Source: Chiloscyllium plagiosum
Taxonomy: Eukaryota
Direction of reading: 5' to 3'
Assembly: GCF_004010195.1 (NCBI RefSeq)
Contig: NC_057753.1
Location: forward strand, 2,726,898-2,770,642
DNA length: 43,745 nt
Below the pieces are notes generated by a model. The model saw nothing but the letters and a program-made list of their open reading frames with translations, was not told the origin of the DNA and searched no databases. Each line of letters begins with the position of its first letter. Position 1 is the stretch's first letter. Both the position numbers and the translations under genes were made by a program. Below, piece by piece: positions 24,378-37,795 of the stretch.

Positions 24378-26370
24378 AAGTGAACACTTTTTGTCAGTGT
24401 TTGAAACTAAATGAAAACGGTTTCTGATTTGTGTTTTGATGCAGAGTTCGTTATACTTTCTTGAATGGTCACATGAAATAATGTTTTAAAAGCAGACAAT
24501 AGTATGAAAGCATTCTGTGTGTAACATGAGATGGAAGAGGACGTGCTGCGGTGCACAATATTTTTCATGTTAAATAATTCTATTTTCACATTTAAATATG
24601 GCACCCAGAGTGGAATGAAACATTTCAATCCACTCTGGGCACCATGTAATAAAAAGATGACGCAGGAACTTAATATCTGTATCATAAATCTGTTGTCTTC
24701 TATTTTAAAAGTAAAATTGCTGAAATTGGAACATGAATTACAAATAAAGTTTTTGAGTTGGATGCATGGGATCTATATAAGACACAACAATTGTTACAGG
24801 ATGAAACGACCTGAGGTGGTGAAGACTACATCAATTGACTTTCTCCCCTTCTGTATCTCTCGTTCACACAGATTTTTTTTTTCATTCCTCCGAGACCAGA
24901 GTCTCCTCTAAGATGTCTGGCACGCAACAGTATGTTTGACAGTTGGAACATTGACCAGAATAATCAGAATAAATTGGACTATATCTGTCAAAATACATAT
25001 AAACCAGTTATGGCATATTTATGTGACGTATAAGCCACGATTTAAATACTGTGTAACCAGACATGCTGTTAATTATGTACATAGCTTCCGAGTGAAAATA
25101 TAAAGTGGCATTTTTGCACAGGCCAGGGTGAAGATGCATCCTCTTATTCATTCTCCCTTCTTCCAGTGCAATGGCGCCGTGGTGTTAATGGCTGCAATTC
25201 TCATCTCACGCCTGGCATTTCGCTCTTTTTTCCATGATTGCACAAAGGTTTTACTGGGATATGGAGCTGAGTTACACTGGCGGAAGCCAAAATGCTCAAT
25301 GAGCAGATCATTGCTTCGCTGCTGCTTCATAGCTCTGTTGATTAAACATTCCATTACTGACGATGGACGTTAGACTGAAGGGATGATAATTGGCCATTGT
25401 GGGCTTGCCCTGCTTTTTGTGTACTGGTCATATTTGGGAAATTATTCAAGTTGTCGGGAGATGACTGTATTTTGGCTGAAACGATAGCTTTGCATAGAGG
25501 AGAACAGATTCTAGAGAACAAACCTTCATTACAATTGCCTTAATGCTGTCGGAGTCCACATGCTTTGCGGTGTCCAGTGTCTACAACTACATCTTTGAAG
25601 CATTTAGGACAATCCGAAGATGAAGAAGGATTATATCAAAGTTAAACTTACGTTGTTCCTTTCCACTATAGTCTTGTGCTGTCACAGGCCAGTGTCTTTT
25701 TTTTTTCAAAATTCACTTGCATGAATGAAGTATTGCTGATAAACAGATCACACTTAAAATCATGCTGTGGAAGCAAGTTCTTCGGACGATCGGGTCCAAA
25801 CCGAATCATCGAACAGGATTCCACCCAGACACAACCCTCAACCGGTTTCCCTCCATTTCCCATGGCCAGTCCACCACAGCTGCACATGTTTGGACTGTGG
25901 GAGGAAACCAGGGGACCAGGAGGAAACCCATGCTGACACGGGGAAAATATGAAAACTCCTCACAGACAGCCGACCAAGGAAGGATTCCATTGAATGTAAG
26001 ACACAGAAGCCATTCTGTCTATCTAGCCTGTTCTACCTTTCGATGGTGGCTGATAAGTTTTTCAAACCTATTTTCCCGCTTTCTTCCCATAACATTTGAT
26101 CCCCTTGGCAATCAAGAACCTATCTATCTCTGTTTAAAACATCCTCAAAGACCTTGGTTCCACAGCCTTCTGCGACAATGAATTCCAAAGATTCACCACT
26201 CTCAGGCTGAAGAATTTTCTCCTTATCTCCGTTCTTAAGGTCTTCTTCTTATTATAATGCAGTGCCCTCCGGTTTTCCTCTCTACTACCAATGGAAACTT
26301 GTTTCCACTGGGAATCTGCCCAGGCTGTTCTGCAAGTATCAATTAGACGCCTCGTTATCCTTCTAGACTT
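23259..26370 (+). repeat. Partial direct copy of the upstream half of the GPCR duplication unit (no gene follows)
   Basis: Collinear homology to ~10845-14290 and ~33195-36075. For example, 'tcaattgactttctccccttc' occurs at 12755 and 24831, with a variant near 34716. Confidence 0.85.
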
Positions 26371-26399
26371 TATCTATGAGACTCATAAGTCATACTTTC

Positions 26400-29235
26400 T
26401 CATTTTCCTGCCTTCTCTCCATATCTCTTCAACTCATTACCAACTAAACAATCTGCTTAACTGCTCCTTAAGTTTACTCACTGTCTCCGCATCCACTCCA
26501 CTTTGAGTTAGTGACTTCCACACATGCACAATCCTCCTGAACTCTGTTTTGAATTTTCTAATCTTTATTCTAAGACTATGACCTCTCGCCCTTAAAAGCC
26601 CCGCAAAAGATAGCATCTGTTCAATAACTTTTACATACACATCTTTTATCATGTTGAATATCTCAATTTAATCTCCCCTCATGCTTCTAAATTCCAGAGA
26701 GTTTAGGTCTAAACTGTTCAATCACTCCTCGTAAGGCAAGTCACTCATCTCTGGAATCAATGCAGTAAACCTCCTCTCAAATGCCTACAATATATTGCCT
26801 CAAATAGTGAGACAAACACCGTGCGAGGACTCCAGGTGCAGTCTCACCATCACCTTGTGTATTTGCTACAATACGGTCTTACTTTTACATAATATTCTCT
26901 GAAATATAAAAGCCAACGTTCCGTTCATTTCCTTTATCATCTGCTGTATCTGTATACGAGTTTCTGGGACTCATGAACGAGGACACAAATATGAGTCTGC
27001 ATCAGATCACCCGAAGTCTCTCCATAGTCGCCTTCTCATTTTAACGACCCAAATGCACGACCTTANNNNNNNNNNNNNNNNNNNNNNNNNNNNNNNNNNN
27101 NNNNNNNNNNNNNNNNNNNNNNCATTGCAATTAAGCATCCTGTCTATTTTTGTGTCGTCCGCAACTGTAGCTTCTACCTCTATCTCAAGGTTGTTAATGC
27201 AGATTGTAAATAGCTGGAACCCCAGACCGAACCTTGTTGCATCGTACAAGTTACATTTGCCATTCAAAAAGCAGATTTATCCTGACTCTCTGTCTTCTGT
27301 CATCAGCCAGTCAACTATCCATGCTAATACATTTCTGCTAATCCAACATGATCCAAACTTGTGAATTAATCTTTTTTTTATTTGCATTGCCCAATCAACC
27401 GCCTTGCAGAAGACCAGATAAATTATACCTGCAGCACCGCCATTGTCCATGTTGCTTGTTAGTTGTTTGAAGAAAACTCACAAAATTAGCCAAGCATTAT
27501 TTGCCTCCCTTCATAATGGCAAGTGTCCCGAATTCCTTTTTTAACTATCCTAATATCATGCCGTTCCACCTTCAATGAGTTTTAGACAAATGCTCCAGAT
27601 CCTTTTGCTCAATGGAACTTCATAGTATCATGCCATTATTTTATACTTTGTGTCAAGTTTTTCCTTCTAAAGTGTATCGTCATGCATTTCTCAGGATAAA
27701 ATTCCATTGCTTATCTTTCTCTTTCTCCATCCCGTTTACATTTTTCTTCACGCCCAAGACATTCAACAGCACTCTTAAATACCTGAACAACTTTCTGTCA
27801 TCTCCAAATGTACCCATCCAGCCCCTCACACAGTCATCTAAGTCATTTATTTTAAAAAATGAATAATTAAGGACTCAGCAGATGCCACTTTCATCAACCA
27901 CTGAAAACTGGCTTCCAATCATTAAAGCAACCTTCTGTCACCACACTCTGCCTGGTGGAAATCAATTAATTTTAAATCAAATCCATCAAATTATCCTGTG
28001 CGGCATATACGTTTACCTTCTTGATAATTTCCTATGTGAGACCTCGTCAACAGTTTTGTTTAAATTTATATTACTGACCTCATTTACACATTTCGTCACC
28101 TTCTTACGTTTCAATCAAATTCAGTCGGCTTGACCATACTCTGACCAAGCCATGCTGACTGTCCTGATCAATCTTTGCTTCTCCAAGTGGAGATAGACGC
28201 TGTCCTTCAAAATTATCTGCAGCAATTTCCTGACCACTGATGTGGGAATCGCTGCTCTGTTGTCCTCTGGATTATCTCTAAAATCCTTCATAAGTATTAA
28301 GAACACATTAATCATTCTCCTGTACTCTGCGACCTGCAGAGATTTTGCTTTTAAAATGTCAGTGTTTCAGCTATCTCCTCCCTTGCCTCCGACATCAGGC
28401 TGTGACACATTACATCTGGACCATGAGATTTATGCACTTTCAAACCCGCCAACATTTCTAAAACCTTGCCCTAACTGCTCAATTCGCTCAAGCACCTCAC
28501 AGTCTCTCCCAAAAGCTTGCATACCTATGTCCTCATTCTCTTAGTTGAACAACACTCAATAATTGGGCCTCACAGCCCTTCTGCAACAATAAATTCCACA
28601 GATTCAGCACCATCTGATTTTAGAGATTCTTCCTCATCTTAGCTCGAAAACATCATCCTTTCTCCCCGAGGCTGTGCCTCAGCAGAATCGTCTCATTTGT
28701 TACTGAATATGTTTTTTTTTTCAACTCCACTCTTACCAGGACTCTTCGTATTCTGTAAACTTCAATGATATCTCCTTCATATTTCTAAATTCCATCGCGT
28801 TAAGTTCCAGAGTCCTCAACCACTCCTCAAATGACAAACCCTTCATTCCCGGAATTGGTCTTGCTAACCTTCTCTGAACCCCCATGAACACTATGATATG
28901 GAAACGAAATTTGCTCACGACATTCCAAACCCGATCTGACTAGCGCCTCATACAGCCTTAACAGTATATATCAAGAGTCGTGCATTCCACCACTCCCAAA
29001 ATGAATTTTACCATTGCATTGGCCTTCCTAATTGGCAAATTAAAATGTATATTAACCGAAAAAGTATCCTGATTGAGGACTCACAAATTCTTTTGTGCTT
29101 CAGATTTAGAAAGCCTTTCGCAAATAATCTGCACCTCCGTTCTTCCCACTGAAATGTATAAACTCACAATTTTCCTTATTGTACTCTATCTGCCTCTTCT
29201 TTGCCCACTCGTCTAGCTTGTCCAAGTCTAACCAC
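26400..29235 (-). mobile_element. Cluster of several old, fragmented CR1-type LINE remnants (contains a 57-N gap at 27066-27122)
   Basis: Decayed RT/C-terminal motifs on the minus strand: 'RARGHSLRIKIRKFKTE' (26437..26652), 'FTICINNLE...VADDTKI' (27007..27267), 'TSVVRKLLQIILKDSVYLHLE' (28121..28315) and 'GVQRRLARPIPGMKGLSFEEWLRTLEL' (28733..28918). Confidence 0.75.
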
Positions 29236-29296
29236 AGCCTCGCCAATGTCCTGCTTAAACATTTCTCCTATTTCATGTGTCTGGAAAATTCAGGCA

Positions 29297-30150
29297 TTTG
29301 TTTTGAAACTTGAGGTAAAGCAAATATTATTGATTGGAATTCCGTTGGTTAAGTGAATCTCATTGGGTAGGAATTCCCTATGCATGTTTGCTGACTTGGC
29401 TGAATTAGTATGTCCTGGCTGACAGATATAAAGAGAAGTCTCGGGAATTCCCCTCACCCTCGGGATTGGCTCTTAGTTGGCTGGACAGGGTCCAAGTACT
29501 GTCCACCCAAAACTGAAGATAACTTGGTGACAGAATGCAGGGCGCCCTGCAGTTATTTCTCAGCTCAAATGGATGGATGTAGTACAGAACAATCGGGATG
29601 GATTGAACGTGTACAGGGAGATCCGAATGGTTTTCATATTCCTCCCTTTCACCCCTTCGCCACTACAGCACACACAAACATTGTTCATGCTACTCAAATA
29701 AAATATCAGGACGGACATAGTTGCGTAGGTGATAATTTGACTTGTTGCCTCTGTCCAGGTACGTGGCAGAAGCAACTCAACAGTCTCACTGCCTTGCCTT
29801 TTCCCGCCCGCCATGCAGTGTTTATTTGCCTTGTCGCTATTTTGACAAGGATTCAGCATGAACTTGGAGTTTTGATTGGGGACCAGTGATGGATTTAGTA
29901 AATGGGAGAGCAGGCTTGAGATAATACTCGCTCCTTTGACTGTAATTTGTTGCCGGGATGTTAACAGTGACAACAGTACTAAAGAGTGCTATATCTTAAA
30001 TAGCGTGGATGAAGTGTTGAAGCCATCGTTTCAAGGTTGTAGTATCATTGGAAGATTGGGTTTGAATGTCAGCGATGCCACGTTATTTTCAAAGTTGACA
30101 TTTCTTTCACTTCTCTGCAGTACATTTCTGTGATTTAATTTGGTAGCCTG
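29297..30150 (-). mobile_element. Possible LTR/ERV-like remnant (purine tract followed by a putative ~340-bp LTR)
   Basis: The minus strand has the purine run GAAGGGGTGAAAGGGAGGAA followed by TATGAAAACC near 29640, then CCAAT boxes, and an ...AAAACA end near 29297. No recognisable protein motif was found. Confidence 0.25.
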
Positions 30151-31029
30151 ATAAGTAAAGGCAATGCAACCATAGACTGTTTCTGGGGTAAAATAACATA
30201 TATTACTGAAGAGCGACAACAGTTAGTTTTATGGAAAGCAACACAGACGTTTTGGAATATACAGGAGTGATTTAAAAAAACGTGGACCAGTAAGAGTCGT
30301 GTCGAAGAGGGAGACCAGGAGAGGGAGGTGAAAGCAGAACAATGCTGCATTTGCCAGTCTAAACAGAAGCACAATGTTCCCCAAGCAGTCGTGATAAAGG
30401 AGTAAGGGCACAGAAATGAGGGGCCTGAGCAGAGGAGTGCAGTGGTGCTGCGGAACAGAGTAGAATAGAACAGAATACCCTTTATAGTCATATGTACTCC
30501 ATTGTAGACGCTATTTTTAACACAGCTTTGAAAAGCTTTCACAGTGTCGGCCTGATATTGGCACCAGGTTAGGTACAAGTACGGAGGTACAAATCATGGC
30601 CACGAAAGAGCATTAGAAAGCAGTTGCATCATTTTACCGATTTTTAAAAACGTTATCAATACGATATCGTTAGAGGATTGTTGTTGCAGTCAGGTTAAAA
30701 ACATCAAATATAAAATGAATTGCACGAGCTCAGCACAGGGCCACAACATGTGGTTTGATTACTCGCACCCGTCCCCAGTCCACAGTGGTCCACACTCCAC
30801 TGCAAGCTTACAGATCATCCTGCACAGGCACTCAGCTGCTCCAAGGTAAGTTTGAGGACTGCATCCGCCACGTCAGTCTCCATTTGGGAGTCACTGCCCG
30901 CGAGCTGCTCCTGGACTCACTGCCCACGAGATGCTCAGGGACTCACTATCGTGCGCTGCTCCAGGATTCAGAATAACAGTGCAAAAGTGCATATACTTTT
31001 CCTATGTATAAAAGACAGAACAGACTAGT

Positions 31030-31160
31030 TCTCTGAAGAATGTTCATGGGAATTAAAATATTAACTTCGCTTTACCTCCATCGACGCTGCGAGACATGCT
31101 GAGTTTCGCCAGCAGGTTTTCTGTCTCTTTCTGAATTCCAGCTTGCACAGCTTTTTTCTT
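31030..31160. mobile_element. Degenerate member of the same short repeat family as 37015-37166
   Basis: 'ctgaagaa...gacgctgcgagacatgctgagtttcgccagcagg...ttccagc' resembles the reverse strand of the 37015 element. Confidence 0.45.
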
Positions 31161-32387
31161 GCTTTAGGCTATTGCAAGCAGGAAGCTGCCAGCACAGAAA
31201 TAGGTCATGTCACCCCATCTGCCGCTTTGAAAGAACTTTATGGATGTTAGCTCTGGAATAATGAATGCACCAACGTAAACATTCAGTCATTAAACAGAAA
31301 ACACCACCACCCTTCGCCCACCTCCCATCACCTTATGCAGTCAGCAGTTTCTAAAGATTCTTCATACTCTGAAAGAAATTTCTCTTCATCTGAATCTTAA
31401 ATAGACAATGTTGGTTTCGTGAGAGCATTTGTTGCAGTTCTAGAGTCACTAGGCAGGAGAAACTTTCGAACTATATATCCTCTCAGAGCACAAAACATTT
31501 TCTTCCATGTTTTAATGAGTTCACTTCTGATACTTCAAAACTATCAGTAATATGGTTGCAGTTCCCTTGATCGCTCCTTGAGAGACATAAAGATCGAATA
31601 AGAGGCAAATACAAAATTGATGCCTCGTAATAGCTTAGGAATTATAAATAAAACCATTTCCATGTCATTCTCTCACTTGACACAGATCTGGCAGATCAGT
31701 AACTGCTCATGGTTAGACCAGTAGTGAGTCCAAGGATGTGAATGGCCTAATCAACGGTATAAAGGACATTCTCTGTAGATTAGAACATTGTGTTCAACGA
31801 ATTGGACATAATTCGAAAAGATGATAAACATAAGTACCAAGCACTTAGTTCTTCGTATCTTGAATTCAACAACAAGAACAGAAAACTGCTGTGATGGAAG
31901 AACACCCATCTAAATCTGGAGGGGGAGTAGGATGTGAGGAAGAAGCTATAAGCTTTCACTGAATCCTACACTCAAGTTTGTACCAGAGGAGCGATAGCAG
32001 AGTTAAATATCACCCAGAGCAGCACAGACTGACTTAACCAATTTAACCAGGCAGTGAAAGGTATGGCCGCCCACTCAGAAATCAATCAGAATGATGGGTG
32101 ACGTTGTGCATGAGACTGAACTCCTATGGAGGCGTCAACAAGGTGACTCATATAAATTCTGTGCGAGGATAATACCTAAACACCAGTCACAGAGCCAAGA
32201 AACCATCCGCAACCATGCACCATGGTAAACCCCATCCAACACAGACATAAATCCAGAAGTCTATCTCGAATAGAGAAATAGAAACGAGTACAGACTACTG
32301 TCTTTGTCAGTGATTCCAGTGATCACTACTTCCTGACCACACCCATCCCGTGTCCTCCAAGTGTGAGGAAAGATAGGAGTTGCACGT

Positions 32388-34277
32388 TGTTTTGATACAG
32401 GCGAGATCCCTCAAAACTTTTCAAGTATGTAGACCAGACTCTTGTTAAACGTTCTTCAAATGCAGGCATTGGTATTAAAGGTTCAGGTTTTGTTACCACC
32501 TGTGTTTTTGCAATTACCTTTTATGCATGATACGTCTGCTAAAATTCAACTGCATGCTTGTGCAGCCCATGCCAGTGAAAATGTTTCTTGTACTTTAGAT
32601 TGTGTTTCCTCATTCCTAGATGGCCCCCAAGTGGTAGCTCTATACACCACTGGCAATACGATTTGATGAATTTCTGCACATTTATCATCTGCCTGAATAC
32701 GTGACGGTCTCCATTTCCTCATTGAGACATCATTTTTAAGGTAATAACATTCAGGGATAGATTCTGATTCCTTCTCTGTGTATGACTTTTGATACAATTT
32801 CTTCAAATTTTCATCATTCTGCTGTAACTCAATTAATATATCTGAGCTAAAGATGTCTGCATTTTCATCTATTTGCTCTTACTTTGTCTCTGCTAATTCC
32901 ACTTCAACTTCCATATATGTACTCTTTGATGTTACAGCTGGTGACTTTGTGAACTCATCACCACACAGTCATGGAAAATTCCAGGATGTGGCAGGAGGCA
33001 GTACCCCGACTGGTGAATGAGTTGTATCATTAGCAAGGACGAATCGTATTCCTGAAGCTGACTATTTGTCTAGTGACGCTACCAAGAATTCTCCACTCCT
33101 CTCTGGGCATTCTAACATCACTTTAAATAATTGAGAGCTTTAACCGTGAATTCCCGTTACCAGTACCAATTTCTGAAGTTCAATCTCTCTCTCTCTCATT
33201 TTCTCTTTCATCTGCTTTTAATCCAGATTCCTTGCCTTTTGCATCGAACTCAAGCTGCTTCATTTGCAGTTGATTTTTAACCATCTCTAAAGATTCTGAC
33301 AGCGCTTCAAGCAAATTTAAATTCTGAGCTATTGCTGGGATTATCTCTTCTCTCCTCGCGGAAATGGCTGCTCCAACATCAGTTTGGTTGCTAATTCCTG
33401 CAACTTACCCTAAACCACCTTTCGTAAAACTCCCAATGTCACTTCTTCCACCCCCAGAAAATTCTTGGTGATTGAAAGAGCCATTACTCTGCCAAGCAAG
33501 CTTTAAACCAACGAAACTATCACCCGGGATAAAAGACACTAACACCTATCACTCGCTGCTTCGATTCCAACACCTCCACCCTCAATTTGGAACAACACAT
33601 CAAATCCCACAAATATCCTCCCATATGTTATGGGACAAGCCAAACCGCTCAAAGCATTTCAAGTTGGTAGCTGAGACATTCACTTTGCTTTTCGATTGTA
33701 TGCCAATATACAGTGGAATGTCCAGGAGAGTATGAGCAGGTCAGACTATTTAGTTTTGAACAAAACAAAATTTATTTGTAAGATTACTGAATGAAATACA
33801 AAGAAGAGAATACAGTATACAGAATAATGTATCCAATCGAAAAATCCAGCAGGCGATCCCAACTCACTGTTGCTGGTCCAAAATACTTGCCAGCATCCTC
33901 ATGAATACCCATTGACACAAAAGGTAAAATCAAAAGAAGGCTTACAGGCTGGAAATTAGAGAGAGAGAGAGACTCCAGTCTCCTCCAGCAACCTTTCTTC
34001 ACTATTAACACACACATACACACACACATTTATATAGAGTAGTCGAGCACAACAAAGATTTGCTGAAATTGCACTTGAGAGAACTGGCCAATTCCCTTTC
34101 ATGACACAAGCGTTTTTTGTTAACTTGAAAGCCTTCTTGCTGAAGCAGTATTCGTTAGTTGTCAACAAATTGGCCCGAAATCCTTTACCTCAGACGTTTC
34201 GGAACCTGTGGGTTACAACCTCTCTGAAACAAAAACCAAGGACAAGCCAACCCTTGTGACACGAATAGCTTGGTCAC
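32388..34277 (-). mobile_element. Internally deleted Gypsy remnant (3' LTR stub, integrase N-terminus, gag remnant, 5' LTR ~33626-34277)
   Basis: ORF 32546..32806 ('PECYYLKNDVSMRKWRPS...HQIVLPVVYR') is typical of the region just upstream of Gypsy integrase. The segment is collinear with 9334-11930 but has a larger internal deletion near 33165. Confidence 0.75.
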
Positions 34278-37014
34278 TAAGTAAAAAGTGTTCAAAACTA
34301 AATGAAAACGATTTCTGATGTGATGCAGATTTCTTTATACATTCTTAAACTGTCGCATGAAATAGAGTTTTAAAGTAGACGGTACTGTGAAAGTAGTCTG
34401 TGTGTACCATGACATGGAAGAGAATGTGCTGCAATGTACAGTACTTCTAATGTTAAATAAATCGATTTTCACATTTAATTGTTCTAATGGAAGTACTTTG
34501 AATATTCCGTTCCACTCTGGGTGCCAGATAAATGTAAAGAATGACGCGGGCAATTAATAACTGAATCATAAATCTGTTACCTTCAATGATAAATGTCGAA
34601 TTGCTGAAATTGGAACTTGAATGACAAGTAACGTTTGCCAGTTTGACACATCGGATCTATATAAAACATAACAATTATGACGGGATGATACGACCTGAGG
34701 TGGAGAACAGCAAATCAATTGACTTTTTCCACTTCAGCATCTGTAGGATAACTGACCTTTTTGCCATTCCTCTGAAATCAGAGTCCCCTCTAATATCTCT
34801 GTATCGCCAGCGCATCTTTGACAGTTAAAGCATTGACCAGTGAAATCAGGATAAATAGGCGTAGAATTGTTAAAATAAATGTAAACCAGTTATGGCATAT
34901 GTATGCGATGTACAAGCAATGACGCTGCGGAATCAGAACTGTTGTTAAGTATGTACATAGCTTCCTAATGCAAATATAATGGGCCATTTTTGCACAGGCC
35001 AGGGGGAAGTTGAGTCCCAGAATTCATGCTCCTATTTTCGCATTGCAATGCCTACTTGGTGTTATTCTCATCTCAACTCTGGAATTATGCTCTTTCCTCC
35101 ATGATTGCAATAAGTGCGCTTGACTGAGCAGATAAAACCTTAACAGATCTTTTCTAGCACTGTTGATTAAACATTCCATTCGTGGCGATGGAGAGTCGAT
35201 GGTAATTGGTCATGGTGGAATTCTCCTGATTTTTGTGCACTGGACCTATCTAGATGATTTCTCAAATTGTCGGGAGATGACAGTATTCTGGCTTAAACAA
35301 TAGTTTGGCGAAGAGTACAACAAATTCTGGAGCACAGACCTTCATTACAATTACCATAATGCTAACAGAGTCCAAAGGCTTTGCCGTGTCCAGTATCTCT
35401 AATTGTTTCTTTTGCAAGCATTTTGGACAATCTGAAGGTGAAGAAGAGTTTATATCAAAATAAAACTTACATTGTTTGCTTACGCAATCGTCTTGAACTG
35501 TCACGTGACAGTCTCTTGTTGAAAATTCGCTTGCATGAATGAAATATTGCTGAGAAACAAATCACACTTAAACTCCTGCTGTGAAAACAGGTCATTCGGA
35601 CAAGCGAGTCCAAACAGATCCCACGAAAAATATCTCACCAGACACACCCCCAACCGTTTCCCGGCATTCCCCATGGCCAGTCCACCTAAACTGCAAATAC
35701 TTGGACTGTTGGAGAAAAGCGCAGGACCTGGAGCAAACCCCCGCTGAAGCAGGAAGAATGTACAAACTGCGCACAGACAGTCGCCCAAGGGAGGAACCAT
35801 AAGACCAGTAGCAGAAATTAAGCCATTGTCCCTATCGAATGTTATCCACCATTCAATTATGTCTGATAGGTTTTTCGAACCCATTTCCCACTTTCTTCCC
35901 TTAACATTTGATCCCATTGGCAATCAAAAATACAACTATCACTGTTTTAAATATACTCAATGACCTCGGCTCCACAACCTTCTGAAGCAATGAATTTCAT
36001 CGATTTTCAAATCTCAGGCTGAGGAGGTTTATCCTTATCTCCGTTCTTAAGTTTCTTCATTTTACTCTAATGTCGTGTAAACAAAGTAGCCACCGTGCCA
36101 CAAGTCGATTCAGGCTGGCAAGCCTATTTCTGCCGAATGATCAGCTCTTTATTTCCATCAATGCGCTAACGGAGGCGATTGCATAATGCTGTTCTCGCTG
36201 CAATATACGATCCAGGGTAATATCCCATGTTGGAACCTGCCAAGGGAGATGGCAGAAATTGAATTAAATAAAAACCCGAAATTAAGAGTCTCAAGATGAC
36301 CGTGAATCAATTGTCGAGTGTCGGGGGAAGACCATCGGACTCAGTAATGTTCTTTACAGAAGCAAGCTGGCATCCTAACTTAGTTTGAATTCTATGTATT
36401 TGTAGCTATCTGGAAATCCGTAGATCTCTAATTCAAACATGCACAACAACAGGTGTAGATAGCATATGCTTTGGCAATGACATGACATAAGACCTTTGGC
36501 GATCTGAAACTGTTGCATCCAAGAACTACACACAAATAATAAGAGACTACTCATGCAATTGTGAGATAAATTTTCGGGCAATAAACAGGAGCATCAAACT
36601 TTATCGAAAATGTCTGATGTTTGAATGTTCAACTGGACTTGGAATATAATGCTTCTGAAATTGGAAACTGAAATTGGCAAGACAACAAAACAATGATCAT
36701 AGGAACTTAAACCAAAATTTCTGAGGATCAAACTGCCGAGGAAATTCGGTGGTGCTTCTGAATGAATGGCTTCAGATTAAAAATTGTTTTAATATAGTTT
36801 GCATTTATCTTAAAACGGTATTGTTAATGATTAAATAATCGTTGTCTTCTGACTGTTTCTCGAAGCCGAAAGACTGAAGTTTGGAAATTTGAAAATAATT
36901 CAGCAGAAAATAATTTCACGAATTTGAAGCAGAAAGGAATTTATTATGACGTTTGTTACTACTGTGTAATGACAGTGAAGAATGCAGATGACATCTTGGC
37001 GTAAATAATGGATA

Positions 37015-37166
37015 GGGGAAAGTGAGGACTGCAGATGCTGGAGATCAGAGCTGAAAATGTGTTGCTGGAAAAGCGCAGCAGGTCAGGCAGCATCCAAGGA
37101 GCAGGAGAATCGACGTTTCGGGCATGAGCCCTTCCTGTTGCTTTTCCAGCAACACATTTTCAGTAC
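37015..37166. mobile_element. 152-bp non-autonomous insertion with a 24-bp internal inverted repeat and a 10-bp TSD (ATAATGGATA)
   Basis: ATAATGGATA is at 37005-37014 and 37167-37176. The inverted repeat is CTGAAAATGTGTTGCTGGAAAAGC (37051-37074) / GCTTTTCCAGCAACACATTTTCAG (37140-37163). The paralog near 15418 has the empty site. Confidence 0.8.
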
Positions 37167-37639
37167 ATAATGGATACAATGATGTGGAGATGCCGGTGTT
37201 GGACTTAGGGGGACAAAATTTAAAAACTCACAACAGCAGGTTATCGTCAAACTGTTGGACTAGAACCGTGTGTTGGGTGATTTTGAACTTATTAATTTAA
37301 GGGTAGAATACAAGAGCAGGGATTTCTTTCAGTTTTTGAATAGGGCCTGAGTGAGACCAGGGAATCTTTTGACTGAGGAGAGAACGCAATGATTATTTGC
37401 CAGAATGATTCCTAGGATGGTAGCCTGTGTCAAAAACAGAGACTGGATCATTTAGAACTGAATACACTGCAACTGGAATCAATGAGGAAACTACGAAAAT
37501 CTAGCAGGAGTAGACAGGGTCAAAGAGAAAGGATGTTCTCGACGACCAGAGAGTCCAGAACCAAGCCTTAGAGAGTCGAATGGACTATTCCTGCTTCAAA
37601 TTTGTGTACTTCTATGGAGAGTCAGTGACCGGATTGGAG

Positions 37640-37795
37640 CAGAAACACCACCTGAGCAACAGCTGCTCTGATCTGTTTCTTACAAGGACATTAGTAAAAT
37701 GTAATGAGCCAATGAACTCCCCAGAGCCTGGAATGAGCTATAAATATCGCAATTTCACACTGAAGTTCTGAATTAGCACACAGCATCTAATAGAA
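37640..37795 (+). promoter_or_regulatory. Putative core promoter/5' UTR of GPCR copy 2; TATAAA at 37739-37744
   Basis: TATAAA lies 57 nt before the ATG. CCAAT is at 37709, and E-box-like CACCTG (37649) and CAGCTG (37660) are present. The block is conserved with copy 1. Confidence 0.55.
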
